From positions 176,944 to 240,943 of the forward strand of contig JBBFKW010000004.1 of assembly GCA_037481835.1 (NCBI GenBank): a stretch of 64,000 bases of DNA, given 5' to 3'. Below, piece by piece: positions 26,951 through 38,240 of the stretch; the stretch's first letter is position 1; each line of letters begins with the position of its first letter. The translations under genes were made by a program, and so were the position numbers. The notes beneath the pieces are model-generated. The model worked only from the letters and a program-made list of their open reading frames with translations, was not told where the DNA came from and made no database searches. The DNA is from Desulfosoma sp. GTDB lineage: Bacteria; Desulfobacterota; Syntrophobacteria; Syntrophobacterales; DSM-9756.

Positions 26951-28576
26951 ATGGCTACCGTCCCGAAACCCAGCGAACTTGGAAAGGTGGACCATCGGCC
27001 GCCGCAGAGGCCGTGGACCGAAACGACCCCCGAGTTTCGGCCCGGCACGTTCTGCTACGGTGCCAAGCCGAAGAACCTGGAGGTTGTGGGGCTGCCCAAC
27101 CCGCGCGAATGGAACCCCGCGGACGAAGATTGGAAGCTGCCCGATGACTGGAAAGACATCACCCTTAAGGGTATGGAGGACCGGCTCAACAAGTTCCGCT
27201 CTTTCAAACTCTTCATGGATATTTGCGTCCGATGCGGGGCCTGCGCCGACAAATGCCATTACTTCATCGGCTCGGGGGATCCGAAAAACATGCCCGTGTT
27301 GCGGGCGGAATTGATCCGATCCATCTACCGCAAGTACTTTACCGGAAGCGGCAAGATTTTCAGCAAGTACGCCGGCGCCCGGGCTTTGACCGAACAGATC
27401 ATCAAAGAATGGTTCTACTACTACTATCAATGCACCGAATGTCGGCGCTGCTCGGTGTTTTGCCCTTACGGCATTGACACGGCCGAAATCACCATGATGG
27501 GCCGTGAACTGTTGAACGAGCTGGGCTGCGGCATCGACTGGATCATGGGACCCGTGGCCAATTGCTACATGAACGGCAACCACCTGGGCATCCAGCCTCA
27601 CGCCTTCAAAGACATGATCATGTTCTTCGTGGACGAGATCGAGGCGGTGACGGGGGTTAGGGTGGAACCCACTTTCAACCGCAAGGGCGCCGAAGTGCTT
27701 TTCATCACGCCGTCGGGGGACGTGTTCGCCGATCCCGGCACCTACACCCTCATGGGCTACATGATGCTCTTCCACGAAATCGGCCTGGACTACACGTGGA
27801 GCACGTACGCTTCGGAAGGCGGCAATTTCGGACTCTTCACGTCCCACGAAATGATGAAGCGCCTCAACGCCAAGATGTACGCCGAGGCCAAGCGCCTCAA
27901 AGTGAAATGGATCCTGGGCGGCGAATGCGGCCACATGTGGCGCGTCATCAACCAGTACATGGACACGATGAACGGCCCGGCGGATTTCCTGGAAGTGCCC
28001 AAGTCGCCCATCACCGGCACCGTGTTCGAGAATGCCAAGAGCACCAAAATGGTGCACATCGCCGAATTCACGGCAGACCTCATCCGACACGGCAAGCTCA
28101 ATCTGGACCCCAGCCGAAACGACAACAAGATCGTGACCTTCCACGATTCGTGCAACCCTGCCCGGGCCATGGGTTTGTTCGAAGAACCGCGATACGTCCT
28201 CAAGGCCGTCTGCAACCACTTCTACGACATGCCGGAAAACACCATCCGGGAAAAGACGTTCTGCTGCGGGTCGGGATCGGGCCTGAACACCGACGAATTC
28301 ATGGAAATGCGCATGCGCGGCGGGCTGCCTCGAGCCAACGCCGTCCGCTACGTCCATGAAAAGTACGGCGTCAACATGCTCGCGTGCATCTGCGCCATCG
28401 ACCGCGCCGTTCTGCCGCCCCTCATGAAGTACTGGGTCCCCGGCGTCGATGTCACCGGACTTCACGAATTGGTCGCCAACGCTCTTGTCATGAAAGGCGA
28501 AAAGAAACGCACCACCGACCTCCGTTATGAACCCCTGCCGGGTATGGAAGAAGAGGAGGAGGCTGACGATGTATGA
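26951..28576 (+). CDS. dsrK: DsrK (HdrD-like Fe-S protein)
   Basis: CVRCGACADKC, CTECRRCSVFCP, GECGH, HDSCN, CCG and CAID. Confidence 0.97.
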   Translation: MATVPKPSELGKVDHRPPQRPWTETTPEFRPGTFCYGAKPKNLEVVGLPNPREWNPADEDWKLPDDWKDITLKGMEDRLNKFRSFKLFMDICVRCGACADKCHYFIGSGDPKNMPVLRAELIRSIYRKYFTGSGKIFSKYAGARALTEQIIKEWFYYYYQCTECRRCSVFCPYGIDTAEITMMGRELLNELGCGIDWIMGPVANCYMNGNHLGIQPHAFKDMIMFFVDEIEAVTGVRVEPTFNRKGAEVLFITPSGDVFADPGTYTLMGYMMLFHEIGLDYTWSTYASEGGNFGLFTSHEMMKRLNAKMYAEAKRLKVKWILGGECGHMWRVINQYMDTMNGPADFLEVPKSPITGTVFENAKSTKMVHIAEFTADLIRHGKLNLDPSRNDNKIVTFHDSCNPARAMGLFEEPRYVLKAVCNHFYDMPENTIREKTFCCGSGSGLNTDEFMEMRMRGGLPRANAVRYVHEKYGVNMLACICAIDRAVLPPLMKYWVPGVDVTGLHELVANALVMKGEKKRTTDLRYEPLPGMEEEEEADDV

Positions 28577-28946
28577 CGCCAAGAAGATCGTCCCGGGAAT
28601 CATCATCTTTGTCGTCCTGTTCACCTTTCCCCTGTGGTCCAACATGGGAAAGGCGGCGCCGGCGCCCAAGCCCGAGCTGCCCAAGACCGAAAAGGTCTGT
28701 GTGATGGACACGGCGTATATGAAAACCGAGCACATGGTGCTCCTGAACCAATGGCGGGATCTGGTGGTGCGGGACGCCAACAGGCTGTGGGTGGGACCCG
28801 ACGGCAAGGAACACCTCATGAGCCTCCAGAATTCCTGCATGAAATGCCATTCCAGCAAGGTCAAATTCTGCGACCAGTGCCACAACTACGCCGGGGTAAA
28901 GCCTTATTGCTGGCAGTGTCATCTCGAGCCTAAGGAGAACATGTGA
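28569..28946 (+). CDS. dsrJ: DsrJ triheme cytochrome c
   Basis: N-terminal TM helix; CMKCH, CDQCH and CWQCH. Confidence 0.95.
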   Translation: MYDAKKIVPGIIIFVVLFTFPLWSNMGKAAPAPKPELPKTEKVCVMDTAYMKTEHMVLLNQWRDLVVRDANRLWVGPDGKEHLMSLQNSCMKCHSSKVKFCDQCHNYAGVKPYCWQCHLEPKENM

Positions 28947-29737
28947 TGGAAAAGGATCGCCGTGAATTCCTGAAGATAGGCGGAATATCCGTCTTGGGGC
29001 TGAGTGCTCTGCCTGTCTTCGAGGTGCTCGCCCAAGAAAAGGGTCCCCGATATAAACCCGACCCCAAGGCCCTGAAAGGCACGCAGTGGGCCATGATCGT
29101 GGACATGAAAAAATGCTGGGAGCAGCAGGACAAGCGGCAGTGCAAGGACTGCATCCTGGCGTGCCACAAGATCCACAACGTGCCGGACATCCCGGACGTG
29201 AAGCGGGAAATCAAGTGGATCTGGATGGAAGAATACAAGCATGCCTTTCCGGACCAAGCCCACGAGTATGCCCCGGAGAAGGTCAAAGAAAATCCCTTTA
29301 TGCTGCTGTGCAACCACTGCACGAACCCGCCGTGCGTGCGGGTCTGCCCCACCAAGGCGACCTTCAAGCGCACGCAGGACGGCATCGTCATGATGGACTT
29401 CCACCGCTGCATCGGGTGCCGCTACTGCATGGCCGGCTGTCCTTACGGGGCGAGAAGTTTCAACTGGGGGGATCCTCGGCCCTACCTCAAGCCGGAAGAC
29501 ATCAACATGACCTACCCGACGCGGCGCAAGGGTGTGGTGGAAAAGTGCACCTTCTGCTACGAGCGCATCGACGAAGGCCTGCAGCCGGCCTGTGTGGAAG
29601 CCTGCAAGGTCAAGGCCCTCATTTTCGGCGACGTGACCGATCCCAAGTCCGAGGTGCGACGCATTCTGTCCGGCCAATACAGTTTGCGCCGGAAGATCGA
29701 ACTCGGCACAGGGCCAAACGTCTACTACCTGATTTAG
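28946..29737 (+). CDS. dsrO: DsrO periplasmic ferredoxin
   Basis: Tat motif RREFLK; CNHCTNPPC, CIGCRYC and CTFC. Confidence 0.95.
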   Translation: MEKDRREFLKIGGISVLGLSALPVFEVLAQEKGPRYKPDPKALKGTQWAMIVDMKKCWEQQDKRQCKDCILACHKIHNVPDIPDVKREIKWIWMEEYKHAFPDQAHEYAPEKVKENPFMLLCNHCTNPPCVRVCPTKATFKRTQDGIVMMDFHRCIGCRYCMAGCPYGARSFNWGDPRPYLKPEDINMTYPTRRKGVVEKCTFCYERIDEGLQPACVEACKVKALIFGDVTDPKSEVRRILSGQYSLRRKIELGTGPNVYYLI

Positions 29738-29749
29738 CGAGGGGATGAC

Positions 29750-30907
29750 ATGCTGGAAAAGGCATTCAAAGGCGGTCAGAAGTACTGGAGCCTTCTGCTG
29801 GGCTTGCTTGTCCTTTCGGGGATCGGCTTCGCCTGCTTCATGCTCCAGCTCAATCAAGGATTGAAGATCACCGGCATGAGCCGCGACGTGTCCTGGGGCT
29901 TTTACATCGCCCAGTTCACCTTCCTCGTCGGGGTCGCCGCATCGGCCGTGATGGTCGTCCTTCCCTATTATCTCCATCACGTCAAGGAATTCGGCCGCAT
30001 CACCATCCTGGGCGAGTTCCTCGCGGTCAGCGCCGTGACCATGTGCTTGTTGTTCATCGTCGTCGATCTCGGCCAGCCCATGCGGCTCCTGAACGTCTTG
30101 CTCCACCCGACGCCCAACTCCATTCTCTTCTGGGACATGGTCGTCCTCAACGGCTATCTTTTCCTGAACGCCGTCATCGGGTGGACGGTGCTCAGCGCGG
30201 AACGCAAGGAAATGCCGCCGCCCAAGTGGGTCAAGCCGCTCATTTACGTCTCCATCCCCTGGGCAGTGAGCATTCACACGGTAACGGCGTTTCTCTACGC
30301 CGGTCTTCCGGGCCGCCATTTCTGGCTCACCGCCATCATGGCCGCCCGCTTTCTCGCTTCGGCCTTCGCCTCCGGTCCGTCCTTGCTCATCCTCCTGTGC
30401 TTCCTCATCCGCAAGCGGACCCATTTCGATCCCGGGCAATCGGCCATCGACAAGTTGTCCAAGATCGTCACCTACGCCATGATCACCAGCGTCTTTTTCC
30501 TGCTCCTGGAAGTCTTCACGGCCTTCTACAGCAAGATTCCGGGGCACATGCACGGATTCATTTATCAGTTCGCCGGCTATGAAGGCCATGCCGAACTGGT
30601 GCCGTTCATGTGGCTGTCGGTGATTCTTTCGGTGACGGCCTTGATCCTCCTGATCCCGCCTCAGTTCCGGAGCAACGAAAAGCTCTTGAAGATCGCCTGC
30701 ATCACCGTCTTCTTCGGGCTTTATCTCGAAAAAGGCGTGGGGCTGGTCGTTACCGGCTTTATTCCCAACGTGTTCGACAAGGTGACCCCCTACGTGCCCA
30801 CGGTTCCCGAACTGGCCATCACTCTGGGCGTGTGGGCCACCGGCTTCCTGATCATGGCGGTGCTCTACAAGGTGGCCATCGGCGTCAAGGAGGAAATCCG
30901 CGCCTAG
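29750..30907 (+). CDS. dsrP: DsrP NrfD-family membrane protein
   Basis: TGMSRDVSWG, FLVGVAAS, WAVSIHTVTAF and ARFLASAF. Confidence 0.96.
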   Translation: MLEKAFKGGQKYWSLLLGLLVLSGIGFACFMLQLNQGLKITGMSRDVSWGFYIAQFTFLVGVAASAVMVVLPYYLHHVKEFGRITILGEFLAVSAVTMCLLFIVVDLGQPMRLLNVLLHPTPNSILFWDMVVLNGYLFLNAVIGWTVLSAERKEMPPPKWVKPLIYVSIPWAVSIHTVTAFLYAGLPGRHFWLTAIMAARFLASAFASGPSLLILLCFLIRKRTHFDPGQSAIDKLSKIVTYAMITSVFFLLLEVFTAFYSKIPGHMHGFIYQFAGYEGHAELVPFMWLSVILSVTALILLIPPQFRSNEKLLKIACITVFFGLYLEKGVGLVVTGFIPNVFDKVTPYVPTVPELAITLGVWATGFLIMAVLYKVAIGVKEEIRA

Positions 30908-30957
30908 GCTCCGGCTAAAAAGTTTTCTTCTGTCGGCCTATTGGCTATGATCTGTAA

Positions 30958-30988
30958 GGGCGCGGCTTGCCGCGCCCTTGCTGTCTTT
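30958..30988 (+). terminator. GC hairpin after dsrP (possible terminator)
   Basis: GGGCGCGG-CTTG-CCGCGCCC followed by TTGCTGTCTTT. Confidence 0.4.
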
Positions 30989-31004
30989 CGCGACAGGAAA
31001 AACC

Positions 31005-31712
31005 ATGGCCCGCTCATGCCGCCTCGTGGACTTGGGCTTAATCGATTACGGCCGCGCCTTGGCCGTGCAGCACCGCTGCGTCGACGGTCGGCGTCAGGGC
31101 CTTTTGGACCGGGACGTTTTTTTCCTCGTTGAGCATTTTCCCGTGTTCACCTACGGGCGGCGCAGCGGGGCCGAACATCTGCGCGTGCCCCTGGAATTTT
31201 TGGAAGCCCGCGGGATCGCCGTCTTCGCCGTGGAAAGGGGCGGATCGGTCACCTACCACGGGCCAGGTCAACTTGTGGTCTATCCCGTGGTCCACCTGCC
31301 GTCGGCCGGCTGGAAGGCCGTGGATTGGGTAAATGCCTTGGAAGAGGTCATGCTCCGAACAGCTCGCCGCTTCGGCGTCGCCGCCTGCCGGCAGCCGCGA
31401 GGCCGCGGCGTCTGGGTGGGCCAAAAGAAGCTGGGAAGTCTCGGCATCGCCGTCCGCCACGGCATCAGTTTCCACGGCGTGGCCCTCAATGTGAACAACT
31501 CCTTGGAACCCTTTCAATGGATCCGCCCCTGCGGCCTTTCCGACGTCACCATGACGTCTCTCGCCTTGGAAACCCAATCCGTGTTATCCATGACCGAGGT
31601 GAAAAGGGTGTTCCTTGAATGTGCGGAAGCCGTCCTCGGGGTTCACTTCGACCCCATGGATCCGCAGGACCTTGTCCTGGAAAACCACGGGAGAGCCCAT
31701 GCCCAACCATGA
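31005..31712 (+). CDS. lipB: Octanoyltransferase
   Basis: EHFPVFT, RGGSVTYHGPGQ, KLGSLG, HGVALN and PCGL. Confidence 0.95.
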   Translation: MARSCRLVDLGLIDYGRALAVQHRCVDGRRQGLLDRDVFFLVEHFPVFTYGRRSGAEHLRVPLEFLEARGIAVFAVERGGSVTYHGPGQLVVYPVVHLPSAGWKAVDWVNALEEVMLRTARRFGVAACRQPRGRGVWVGQKKLGSLGIAVRHGISFHGVALNVNNSLEPFQWIRPCGLSDVTMTSLALETQSVLSMTEVKRVFLECAEAVLGVHFDPMDPQDLVLENHGRAHAQP

Positions 31713-32583
31713 TCCCGCAGCCCCCCCTCCGAGGGACCAGAAACCGGCGTGGCTCCGAAAGCGCCTCGCCACTACGGGGCCCTACAAGGAAGTCCGGGCC
31801 CTTCTTCATCATGCGGGGGTTCATACCGTGTGCCAAGAAGCCCGGTGTCCCAATCACTGGGAATGTTTTTCTCAGAAAACGGCCACTTTTCTCATTCTCG
31901 GCGACCAGTGCACGCGCCGATGCGGATTCTGCGCCGTGGGGCACGGCCGTCCGGCTCCGCAGGATCCCGACGAGCCGGATCGCATCGCCCGGGCGGTGTG
32001 TGCTCTGGGGCTTCGCTACGTGGTGGTAACCTCGGTGACGCGGGACGACCTTCCTGACGGGGGCGCCTCGGTCTTTGCACAAACCATCCAAGCCGTCCGC
32101 ATGGCGGCGCCTGGCGCCCAGGTGGAGGTTCTCATCCCGGACTTTCGCGGCAGGGCGTCTTCCCTGGAAACGGTGCTCCGGGCCGGCCCTGATGTGCTCA
32201 ACCACAACGTGGAAACCGTCCCTCGGCTTTACGACAGAGTGCGTCCAGGAGCCGATTATCGGCGGTCCTTGGCCTTGCTTCGATCGGCTTTCGAGGGGGC
32301 GCCGCAGATCCCCGTCAAATCGGGCATCATGTTGGGCCTTGGGGAAACCGACGACGAAATTTGGCAAACCCTTGAAGACCTTCGGGCATCGGGATGCACC
32401 ATGCTCACCCTGGGCCAATACTTGCGCCCTGCAGCCCATCTCCTCCCCGTGGTCCGTTACGTCCCGCCCGAAGAATTCCATGCATGGCGCGAGAAGGCCC
32501 TGGCTCTGGGGTTTCGCAGTGTGGCCTCCGGCCCCTGGGTGCGCAGTTCGTACCATGCCCGTGAGCTCTACTGGAATCCCTGA
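31699..32583 (+). CDS. lipA: Lipoyl synthase
   Basis: CQEARCPNHWEC, CTRRCGFC, NHNVETV and VRSSY. Confidence 0.96.
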   Translation: MPNHDPAAPPPRDQKPAWLRKRLATTGPYKEVRALLHHAGVHTVCQEARCPNHWECFSQKTATFLILGDQCTRRCGFCAVGHGRPAPQDPDEPDRIARAVCALGLRYVVVTSVTRDDLPDGGASVFAQTIQAVRMAAPGAQVEVLIPDFRGRASSLETVLRAGPDVLNHNVETVPRLYDRVRPGADYRRSLALLRSAFEGAPQIPVKSGIMLGLGETDDEIWQTLEDLRASGCTMLTLGQYLRPAAHLLPVVRYVPPEEFHAWREKALALGFRSVASGPWVRSSYHARELYWNP

Positions 32584-32626
32584 AGCCGGCATCCATCCGA
32601 TACCCTGCCACAAGGAGCGGACGTCC

Positions 32627-33739
32627 ATGATCATCGGCATTCTCAAAGAAATCAAAGCGGAAGAAAACCGGGTGGCCATGACACCGACCGGGGTGGAAGT
32701 GGCCGTCCATCACGGCCACACGGTGCTCGTGGAAAGCCAAGCGGGCGCCGGCAGCGGCTTTTCCGACGACGCCTACCGCCGTGCGGGAGCGCACATCGTG
32801 GAGACTCCGCGCGAAATTTACGAACGCGCCGACATGGTCATGCACGTTAAAGAGCCGCTGCCCCCGGAGTACGAGTTCATTCGGCCCGATCAGATCATTT
32901 TCACGTATCTCCATCTGGCTGCCGACGAGGCGCTGACCCGGGTCCTCATGGAGCGCCGGTCGGTGAACATCGCCTACGAAACGATCCAAAAGGCCGACGG
33001 CTCCTTGCCGCTCCTCACCCCCATGAGTGAAGTGGCTGGGCGGATGGCCGTGCAGCAGGCCGCCAAGTACTTGGAAATGTCTTCCGGCGGCCAAGGCATT
33101 CTCCTGGCCGGTGTCCCTGGAGTGGAACCCGCCACCGTGGTCATTATCGGAGGTGGCGTCGTGGGAACCAATGCCGCCAAGATGGCCTGCGGCCTGGGCG
33201 CAAAGGTTTATGTCCTGGACAAGAATCTGGAGCGGTTGCGTTATCTCAGCGACGTCATGCCCCCCAACTGCTTCCTTCTGGCCTCGTCGCCCGCAGCCAT
33301 CCGCGAAGTGGTGAAAAAAGCGGACGTGGTCATCGGAGCGGTGCTCATCCCGGGAGCCAAAGCGCCCAAGCTCGTCACCCGGGACATGCTCCCCACCATG
33401 AGGGAAGGCGCCGTTTTGGTGGATGTGGCCATCGACCAAGGGGGCTGCTTCGAAACGTCCCGGCCGACGACGCACAGGGACCCCATCTACACCGTGGACG
33501 GGGTTGTCCATTATTGCGTCGCCAACATGCCGGGAGCCGTCCCCAAGACGTCAACCATGGCCCTGACCAACGCCACCCTGCCCTATGCGTTGGAAATCGC
33601 CGACAAGGGATGGCAGCGGGCCATGAAGGAAAACCCGGAAATCGCCAAAGGGGCCAACGTGGTCCGGGGCGCCGTCACCCATCCCGGCGTTGCCGAGGCC
33701 TTCGGGCTGGAATACGTCCCCGTGGATGCGCTTTTCTGA
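32627..33739 (+). CDS. ald: Alanine dehydrogenase
   Basis: KEIKAEENRV, YLHLA, PMSEVAGR, GGGVVG, VAIDQGG and YCVANMPG. Confidence 0.96.
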   Translation: MIIGILKEIKAEENRVAMTPTGVEVAVHHGHTVLVESQAGAGSGFSDDAYRRAGAHIVETPREIYERADMVMHVKEPLPPEYEFIRPDQIIFTYLHLAADEALTRVLMERRSVNIAYETIQKADGSLPLLTPMSEVAGRMAVQQAAKYLEMSSGGQGILLAGVPGVEPATVVIIGGGVVGTNAAKMACGLGAKVYVLDKNLERLRYLSDVMPPNCFLLASSPAAIREVVKKADVVIGAVLIPGAKAPKLVTRDMLPTMREGAVLVDVAIDQGGCFETSRPTTHRDPIYTVDGVVHYCVANMPGAVPKTSTMALTNATLPYALEIADKGWQRAMKENPEIAKGANVVRGAVTHPGVAEAFGLEYVPVDALF

Positions 33740-33769
33740 GGCCCCGGGGCGCCGCGCCGCGGCGATTCC

Positions 33770-36700
33770 TTACAGGGCGGGCTTTTCAAAAGCGCCGCGG
33801 CGGCTCAGGAAATACAGGATGGGTACGGCCATGCGAGAGAGCAGCAAGGAGGCCACCTCGCCGGACATCAAGGCCAGGGCGAGCCCCTGAAAAATCGGGT
33901 CTAGAAGCATGGGCGCGGCGCCCACAATCAATGAAGCCGCCGTAAGGACCATGGGGCGGAAGCGCACCGCTCCGGCGTCCACCACGGCGTCTTCCAAGGG
34001 CATGCCTTCCTTGAGGCGCAGTTCCACGAAGTCGACCAAGATGATGGAATTGCGCACGACGATGCCCGCCCCGGCGATGAAGCCGATCATGGAGGTGGCT
34101 GTAAAAAAGATGCCGAAAAGCCCATGGGCGGGGATGATGCCCACGAGGGAAAAGGGGATGGCGGCCATGATGGTCAGCGGGGTGACGAAGGATTCGAACC
34201 AGCCCACCACCAGGATGTAGATGAGGACGAGCACCGCCGCAAAGGCAATCCCCAAATCTCGGAAAACTTCGTAGGTGATGTGCCATTCCCCATCCCACTT
34301 CATGGCGTAGCGCTCCGTCGAAGGCGGCAGGCTCGCCACGTAGCGTTCCAGTCGATACCCTTCGGGCAGCACAAGAGCCTCCAGCGCCTTGTTCATCTTC
34401 AGGATGGCATACACCGGGCTTTCTTCGGTCCCCGCCACATCCCCCGTCACATAGACCACGGGCATGAGGTTCTTGTGATACAGGCTCTTGTCTTCAATCG
34501 TCTCTCGCACGCGTACCAGCTCGGAAAGCGGCACCCCATTTCCCGCTGGTCCCTGCACCGTGACGGCTTTGAGGTCTTCCAAGCGGGCACGCCCTTCCAG
34601 CGGCAGTTGCACCCAGATGGGCACATCTTCCTTCTCTTCGGGCAGATGGGCCAAGCCGACCCCTTGGCCGCCCACCAAGGCCGCCACGGTCTGAACGATC
34701 CGGCTTGTGGGGATGCCGTTTAAAGCGGCCTTTTCCTTGTCCACCGTCAGCAGCACCTTGGGCTGGTCGTCTTCCACGTACCAGTCCACATCCACCACGC
34801 CCTCGGTTTTCTCGAAGATCTCCATAACCCGGCGCGCCACCGCAAGACGCCCGGCCTCTTCGGGCCCGTAAATTTCCGCCACCAGGGTCTGCAAAACCGG
34901 GGGGCCCGGCGGAATTTCGCTCACCTTCACTCTGGCCCCGTAAAGCCGGGCCACTTCCTGGATGGCCGGCCGAAGCCTCTTGGCGATGTCGTGGCTTTGA
35001 GCCGATCGGTCCCCTTTGGGGACCAGGTTCACTTGAATGTCGGCCACGTTGGCACCGCGCCTCAGAAAATAATGGCGCACCAAGCCGTTGAAGTTGTGCG
35101 GCGCCGCCGTGCCGATATAGAGCTGATAATGGGTGGTTTCGGGCGCTTGGGCAATCACGCGGGCCATGTGCCGGGTCGCCGCCGCGGTCTCTTCCAAGCT
35201 GCTTCCTTCCGGCATGTCGATGATGACCTGGAACTCGCTCTTGTTGTCGAAAGGAAGCATTTTCACCCGAACCGCCTTGAACGCAATGAGGCTCATCGCT
35301 CCCAGCAGCAAAACCACCACGAAGGCAAGGAACCCGTAGCGCCACAGAGGATTATGGATCAAAGGGCGCATGACCCGCCGATACGCCCGTGTCGTCCAGC
35401 CTTCCTCTTCGTGCTTTTCTTCGGCTTCCCGGTGGATGAACCTCACACTGGCCCACGGCGTGACCACAAAAGCCACCATGAGCGAAAACAGCATGGCGGC
35501 CGTCGCTCCCACGGGAATGGGCCGCATGTAAGGCCCCATCAGGCCGCGCACGAAGGCCATGGGAAGAATGGCCGCGATCACGGCAAAGGTGGCCAATATG
35601 GTGGGGTTTCCCACTTCGGCCGTGGCTTCCACGGCCACGTTAAAAGCGTTGCGGCCGCGATTGTGCGGCATCCGGTAATGGCGCACCACGTTTTCCACAA
35701 CCACGATGGCATCGTCGACCAAAATCCCGATGGAGAAAATGAGAGCGAAAAGGGTCACGCGGTTCAGAGTGTAGCCGCTCAAATAGAAAACGGCCAGGGT
35801 CAGAGCCAAAGTCACCGGGATGGCGATGGCCACGATGCCTGATTCCCGAACGCCCAGGGTGACCAGGATGAGCAGTGTCACGGAAACCACCGCAATGGCC
35901 ATGTGCCACAGGAGTTCATCGGACTTTTCCCGGGCGGTCTCCCCGTAGTCCCGCGTCACCGTGACATGGACATTGTCGGGAATGAGACGGCCCTTGAGGC
36001 TCTCGATTTTGCCGAGCACGGCGTGGGCCACGTCGATGGCGTTTGTCCCTTTCCTCTTGGCCACGGAAAGGGTCACCGCAGGGCACAAATCCCGAGGGGT
36101 CTCGCCACCGAAAGCCGGACCCGCCCCGAAGAAGACATAGTCGGCCGGCTCCTCGGGTCCGTCCACGACGAGGGCCACGTCCCGAACGAAGACGGGACGG
36201 CCGTTGTGGACGGAAAGGACCACGGATCCCACGTCTTCCGCCGATCGAAGGAATTCCCCCGTTTCCACGACGACTTCGCGATTCTCGGAAACCATCCGCC
36301 CCGAACGAAGGGCCTGGTTCGCTTGGGTCAGCATTTGCAGGAGTCCGTCGGCCGAGACGCCGTGAGCGGCCATTTTGGCGGGATCGGGAAGCACCCGGAT
36401 CTGGCGGCGCTGCCCGCCGATGAGGTGGACTTCCGAGACGTTGGGAACCTGTTTGACATGGTCGTGAAGTTGGGCGGCAAGCCGCCGCAGGGCGAAATGA
36501 TCCAGCGTGTCGCTCCAGAGGGTCACCGCCAAAACGGGAACGTCGTCGATGGATCGCGGCTTGATGAGAGGCGGGCTCGCGCCGGGAGGAATGAGGTCGA
36601 AATTGGCGAACATCTTCTGGTTGAGCCGGACGATGCTTTTCTCCTCGTCCTCTCCCACCTTGAAACGCACCACCACGAAGGACCTCTCGGGAGAAGACGT

Positions 36701-36970
36701 GGAATAGATGTATTCCACCCCGGGGATTTCCCACAGGAGCTTTTCCATGGGCTTGGTGATGCGCTCTTCCACTTCTCTGGCTGACGCCCCGGGAAGGCTC
36801 ACGAAAATATCCAGCATGGGGACAATGATCTGGGGTTCTTCTTCTCGGGGAAGGAGGAGCACGGAGCCGAAGCCGAGCAGCAAGGACGCCAAAATGACCA
36901 GGGGGGTCAGTTTGGAGTCGATAAAGGCCTTGGCGACTCGACCGGCAAGTCCCAAATGAGGCGTCGTCAT
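33770..36970 (-). CDS. RND efflux transporter permease subunit
   Basis: 1066 aa; [21 protein letters not shown] and RFRPM. Confidence 0.93.
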   Translation of the reverse strand: MTTPHLGLAGRVAKAFIDSKLTPLVILASLLLGFGSVLLLPREEEPQIIVPMLDIFVSLPGASAREVEERITKPMEKLLWEIPGVEYIYSTSSPERSFVVVRFKVGEDEEKSIVRLNQKMFANFDLIPPGASPPLIKPRSIDDVPVLAVTLWSDTLDHFALRRLAAQLHDHVKQVPNVSEVHLIGGQRRQIRVLPDPAKMAAHGVSADGLLQMLTQANQALRSGRMVSENREVVVETGEFLRSAEDVGSVVLSVHNGRPVFVRDVALVVDGPEEPADYVFFGAGPAFGGETPRDLCPAVTLSVAKRKGTNAIDVAHAVLGKIESLKGRLIPDNVHVTVTRDYGETAREKSDELLWHMAIAVVSVTLLILVTLGVRESGIVAIAIPVTLALTLAVFYLSGYTLNRVTLFALIFSIGILVDDAIVVVENVVRHYRMPHNRGRNAFNVAVEATAEVGNPTILATFAVIAAILPMAFVRGLMGPYMRPIPVGATAAMLFSLMVAFVVTPWASVRFIHREAEEKHEEEGWTTRAYRRVMRPLIHNPLWRYGFLAFVVVLLLGAMSLIAFKAVRVKMLPFDNKSEFQVIIDMPEGSSLEETAAATRHMARVIAQAPETTHYQLYIGTAAPHNFNGLVRHYFLRRGANVADIQVNLVPKGDRSAQSHDIAKRLRPAIQEVARLYGARVKVSEIPPGPPVLQTLVAEIYGPEEAGRLAVARRVMEIFEKTEGVVDVDWYVEDDQPKVLLTVDKEKAALNGIPTSRIVQTVAALVGGQGVGLAHLPEEKEDVPIWVQLPLEGRARLEDLKAVTVQGPAGNGVPLSELVRVRETIEDKSLYHKNLMPVVYVTGDVAGTEESPVYAILKMNKALEALVLPEGYRLERYVASLPPSTERYAMKWDGEWHITYEVFRDLGIAFAAVLVLIYILVVGWFESFVTPLTIMAAIPFSLVGIIPAHGLFGIFFTATSMIGFIAGAGIVVRNSIILVDFVELRLKEGMPLEDAVVDAGAVRFRPMVLTAASLIVGAAPMLLDPIFQGLALALMSGEVASLLLSRMAVPILYFLSRRGAFEKPAL

Positions 36971-36980
36971 GGAAAGTCTC

Positions 36981-38234
36981 TCACTCAGCGGTGATGGGGG
37001 TTCCGTCGCTCAGCTCGGGAACGATCCTGGCCACAATGCGTTCCCCGTCCCGAAGCCCGGAAAGGATCTCCACGCGATCGCCCGCGGTTTGGCCCGTTCG
37101 GACCAAGCGCCATCGGCAGACCTGGTTTTCGTCCACGACGAAGAGCCCGGTGAGCTGGCCCCGGCGGGCTACGGCCTCGGCGGGAACACGCAGGGTATTG
37201 CGAAATCCGGTGGCAAACCGCGCCCGCCCGAAGGCGCCGGAACGCCACCGAACCGCGCCGGCCTCATGAGTTTCGGAAGAGGGAAGGCCGATCTTGACGA
37301 GGCCCGTCCGGGTCGCCGCGTCCAACGACGGTAGGATCTCCACCACCCGCCCCCCAATCTCCGCGAGGGTTCCCTCGATGCGCACCGGCACCGTGTCCCC
37401 GAGTCGGACTTCCGTGAGCACCGCTTCGGGAACGGACACCTCCAGTCGATAGTCCGAAGGGTCTTCCACCGTGAGGATAGGAAGCCCCGGGGTGGCCATC
37501 TGCCCCACTTCGGCGTGCTTGGCCGTCACCAAGGCGTCCATGGGGGCCGTTACATCGGCGTAGGCCCGAAGCGCCCGGGCCGCTTCCAGGGACGATTCCG
37601 CAGCGTGCAGAGCCGCCAGAGCTTGTTCCCTTTTTGCTCGCAAGGCCTGTATGGACAAACGGGCCCGATCCGCATCGGCCGATGCCGATTCCCACCGGGC
37701 CTTGACTTCGTCGAATTCCTGACGACTGACGGACTCACGCTCCACAAGGGCCTGGAATCTCCGGTACGTGGCCGCAGCCACACGGCTCCTGGCCTCGGCC
37801 GCTCGGAGTTCCGCCTGGGCCATGCCCAAAGCCTTTTCCGTCTCTTCCAGGCTGAAGCGGGCCTGCCTTACGGCCGCCTCGGCCTGGGCCACCCCGGCAT
37901 TGGCTTCCCGATCGTCGATGCGGGCCAGCACCTCCCCTCGGCGTACCCGATCCCCTTCCCGCACGGAAATGGCCGTAATGCGCCCTGGGATTTTGGACGA
38001 AAGCACACTGATCGCCACCGCTCGAACGGTCCCGGAAAGTTCCACGGTTTCTTGGGTCTTTTCGGCATGCACCGGGATTACGGGAGCGGAAACGGCGGCC
38101 CCGGCCGACGGTTTTCGGGGCGATTTGTCCCGGCAGCCGGCGAAGACCATGAAAAGAGCGGCAAGGATCCCCAGCAGGGCCGGAAAATACCGAAGAAACC
38201 AGGCACGATAGCGGCTGAAGAAAAAGGCGCTCAT
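36981..38234 (-). CDS. RND periplasmic adaptor (MFP)
   Basis: [17 protein letters not shown] lipoyl half-motif, a coiled coil, and [11 protein letters not shown]. Confidence 0.92.
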   Translation of the reverse strand: MSAFFFSRYRAWFLRYFPALLGILAALFMVFAGCRDKSPRKPSAGAAVSAPVIPVHAEKTQETVELSGTVRAVAISVLSSKIPGRITAISVREGDRVRRGEVLARIDDREANAGVAQAEAAVRQARFSLEETEKALGMAQAELRAAEARSRVAAATYRRFQALVERESVSRQEFDEVKARWESASADADRARLSIQALRAKREQALAALHAAESSLEAARALRAYADVTAPMDALVTAKHAEVGQMATPGLPILTVEDPSDYRLEVSVPEAVLTEVRLGDTVPVRIEGTLAEIGGRVVEILPSLDAATRTGLVKIGLPSSETHEAGAVRWRSGAFGRARFATGFRNTLRVPAEAVARRGQLTGLFVVDENQVCRWRLVRTGQTAGDRVEILSGLRDGERIVARIVPELSDGTPITAE

Positions 38235-38240
38235 GGGCCG

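Noticed and set aside
26876..30589. Long antisense ORFs (669 aa and 556 aa) opposite dsrKJOP, and similar ones at 37515-39770, 57545-59881 and 60098-61993
   Set aside because: Shadow ORFs expected from high-GC codon bias opposite well-supported genes; no motifs or RBS.
31005..33739. lipB-lipA next to dsrMKJOP as a lipoate-dependent sulfur (sHdr/LbpA) system
   Set aside because: These are canonical LipB/LipA. No lbpA, lipS or shdr genes are present, and a hairpin separates them from dsrP.
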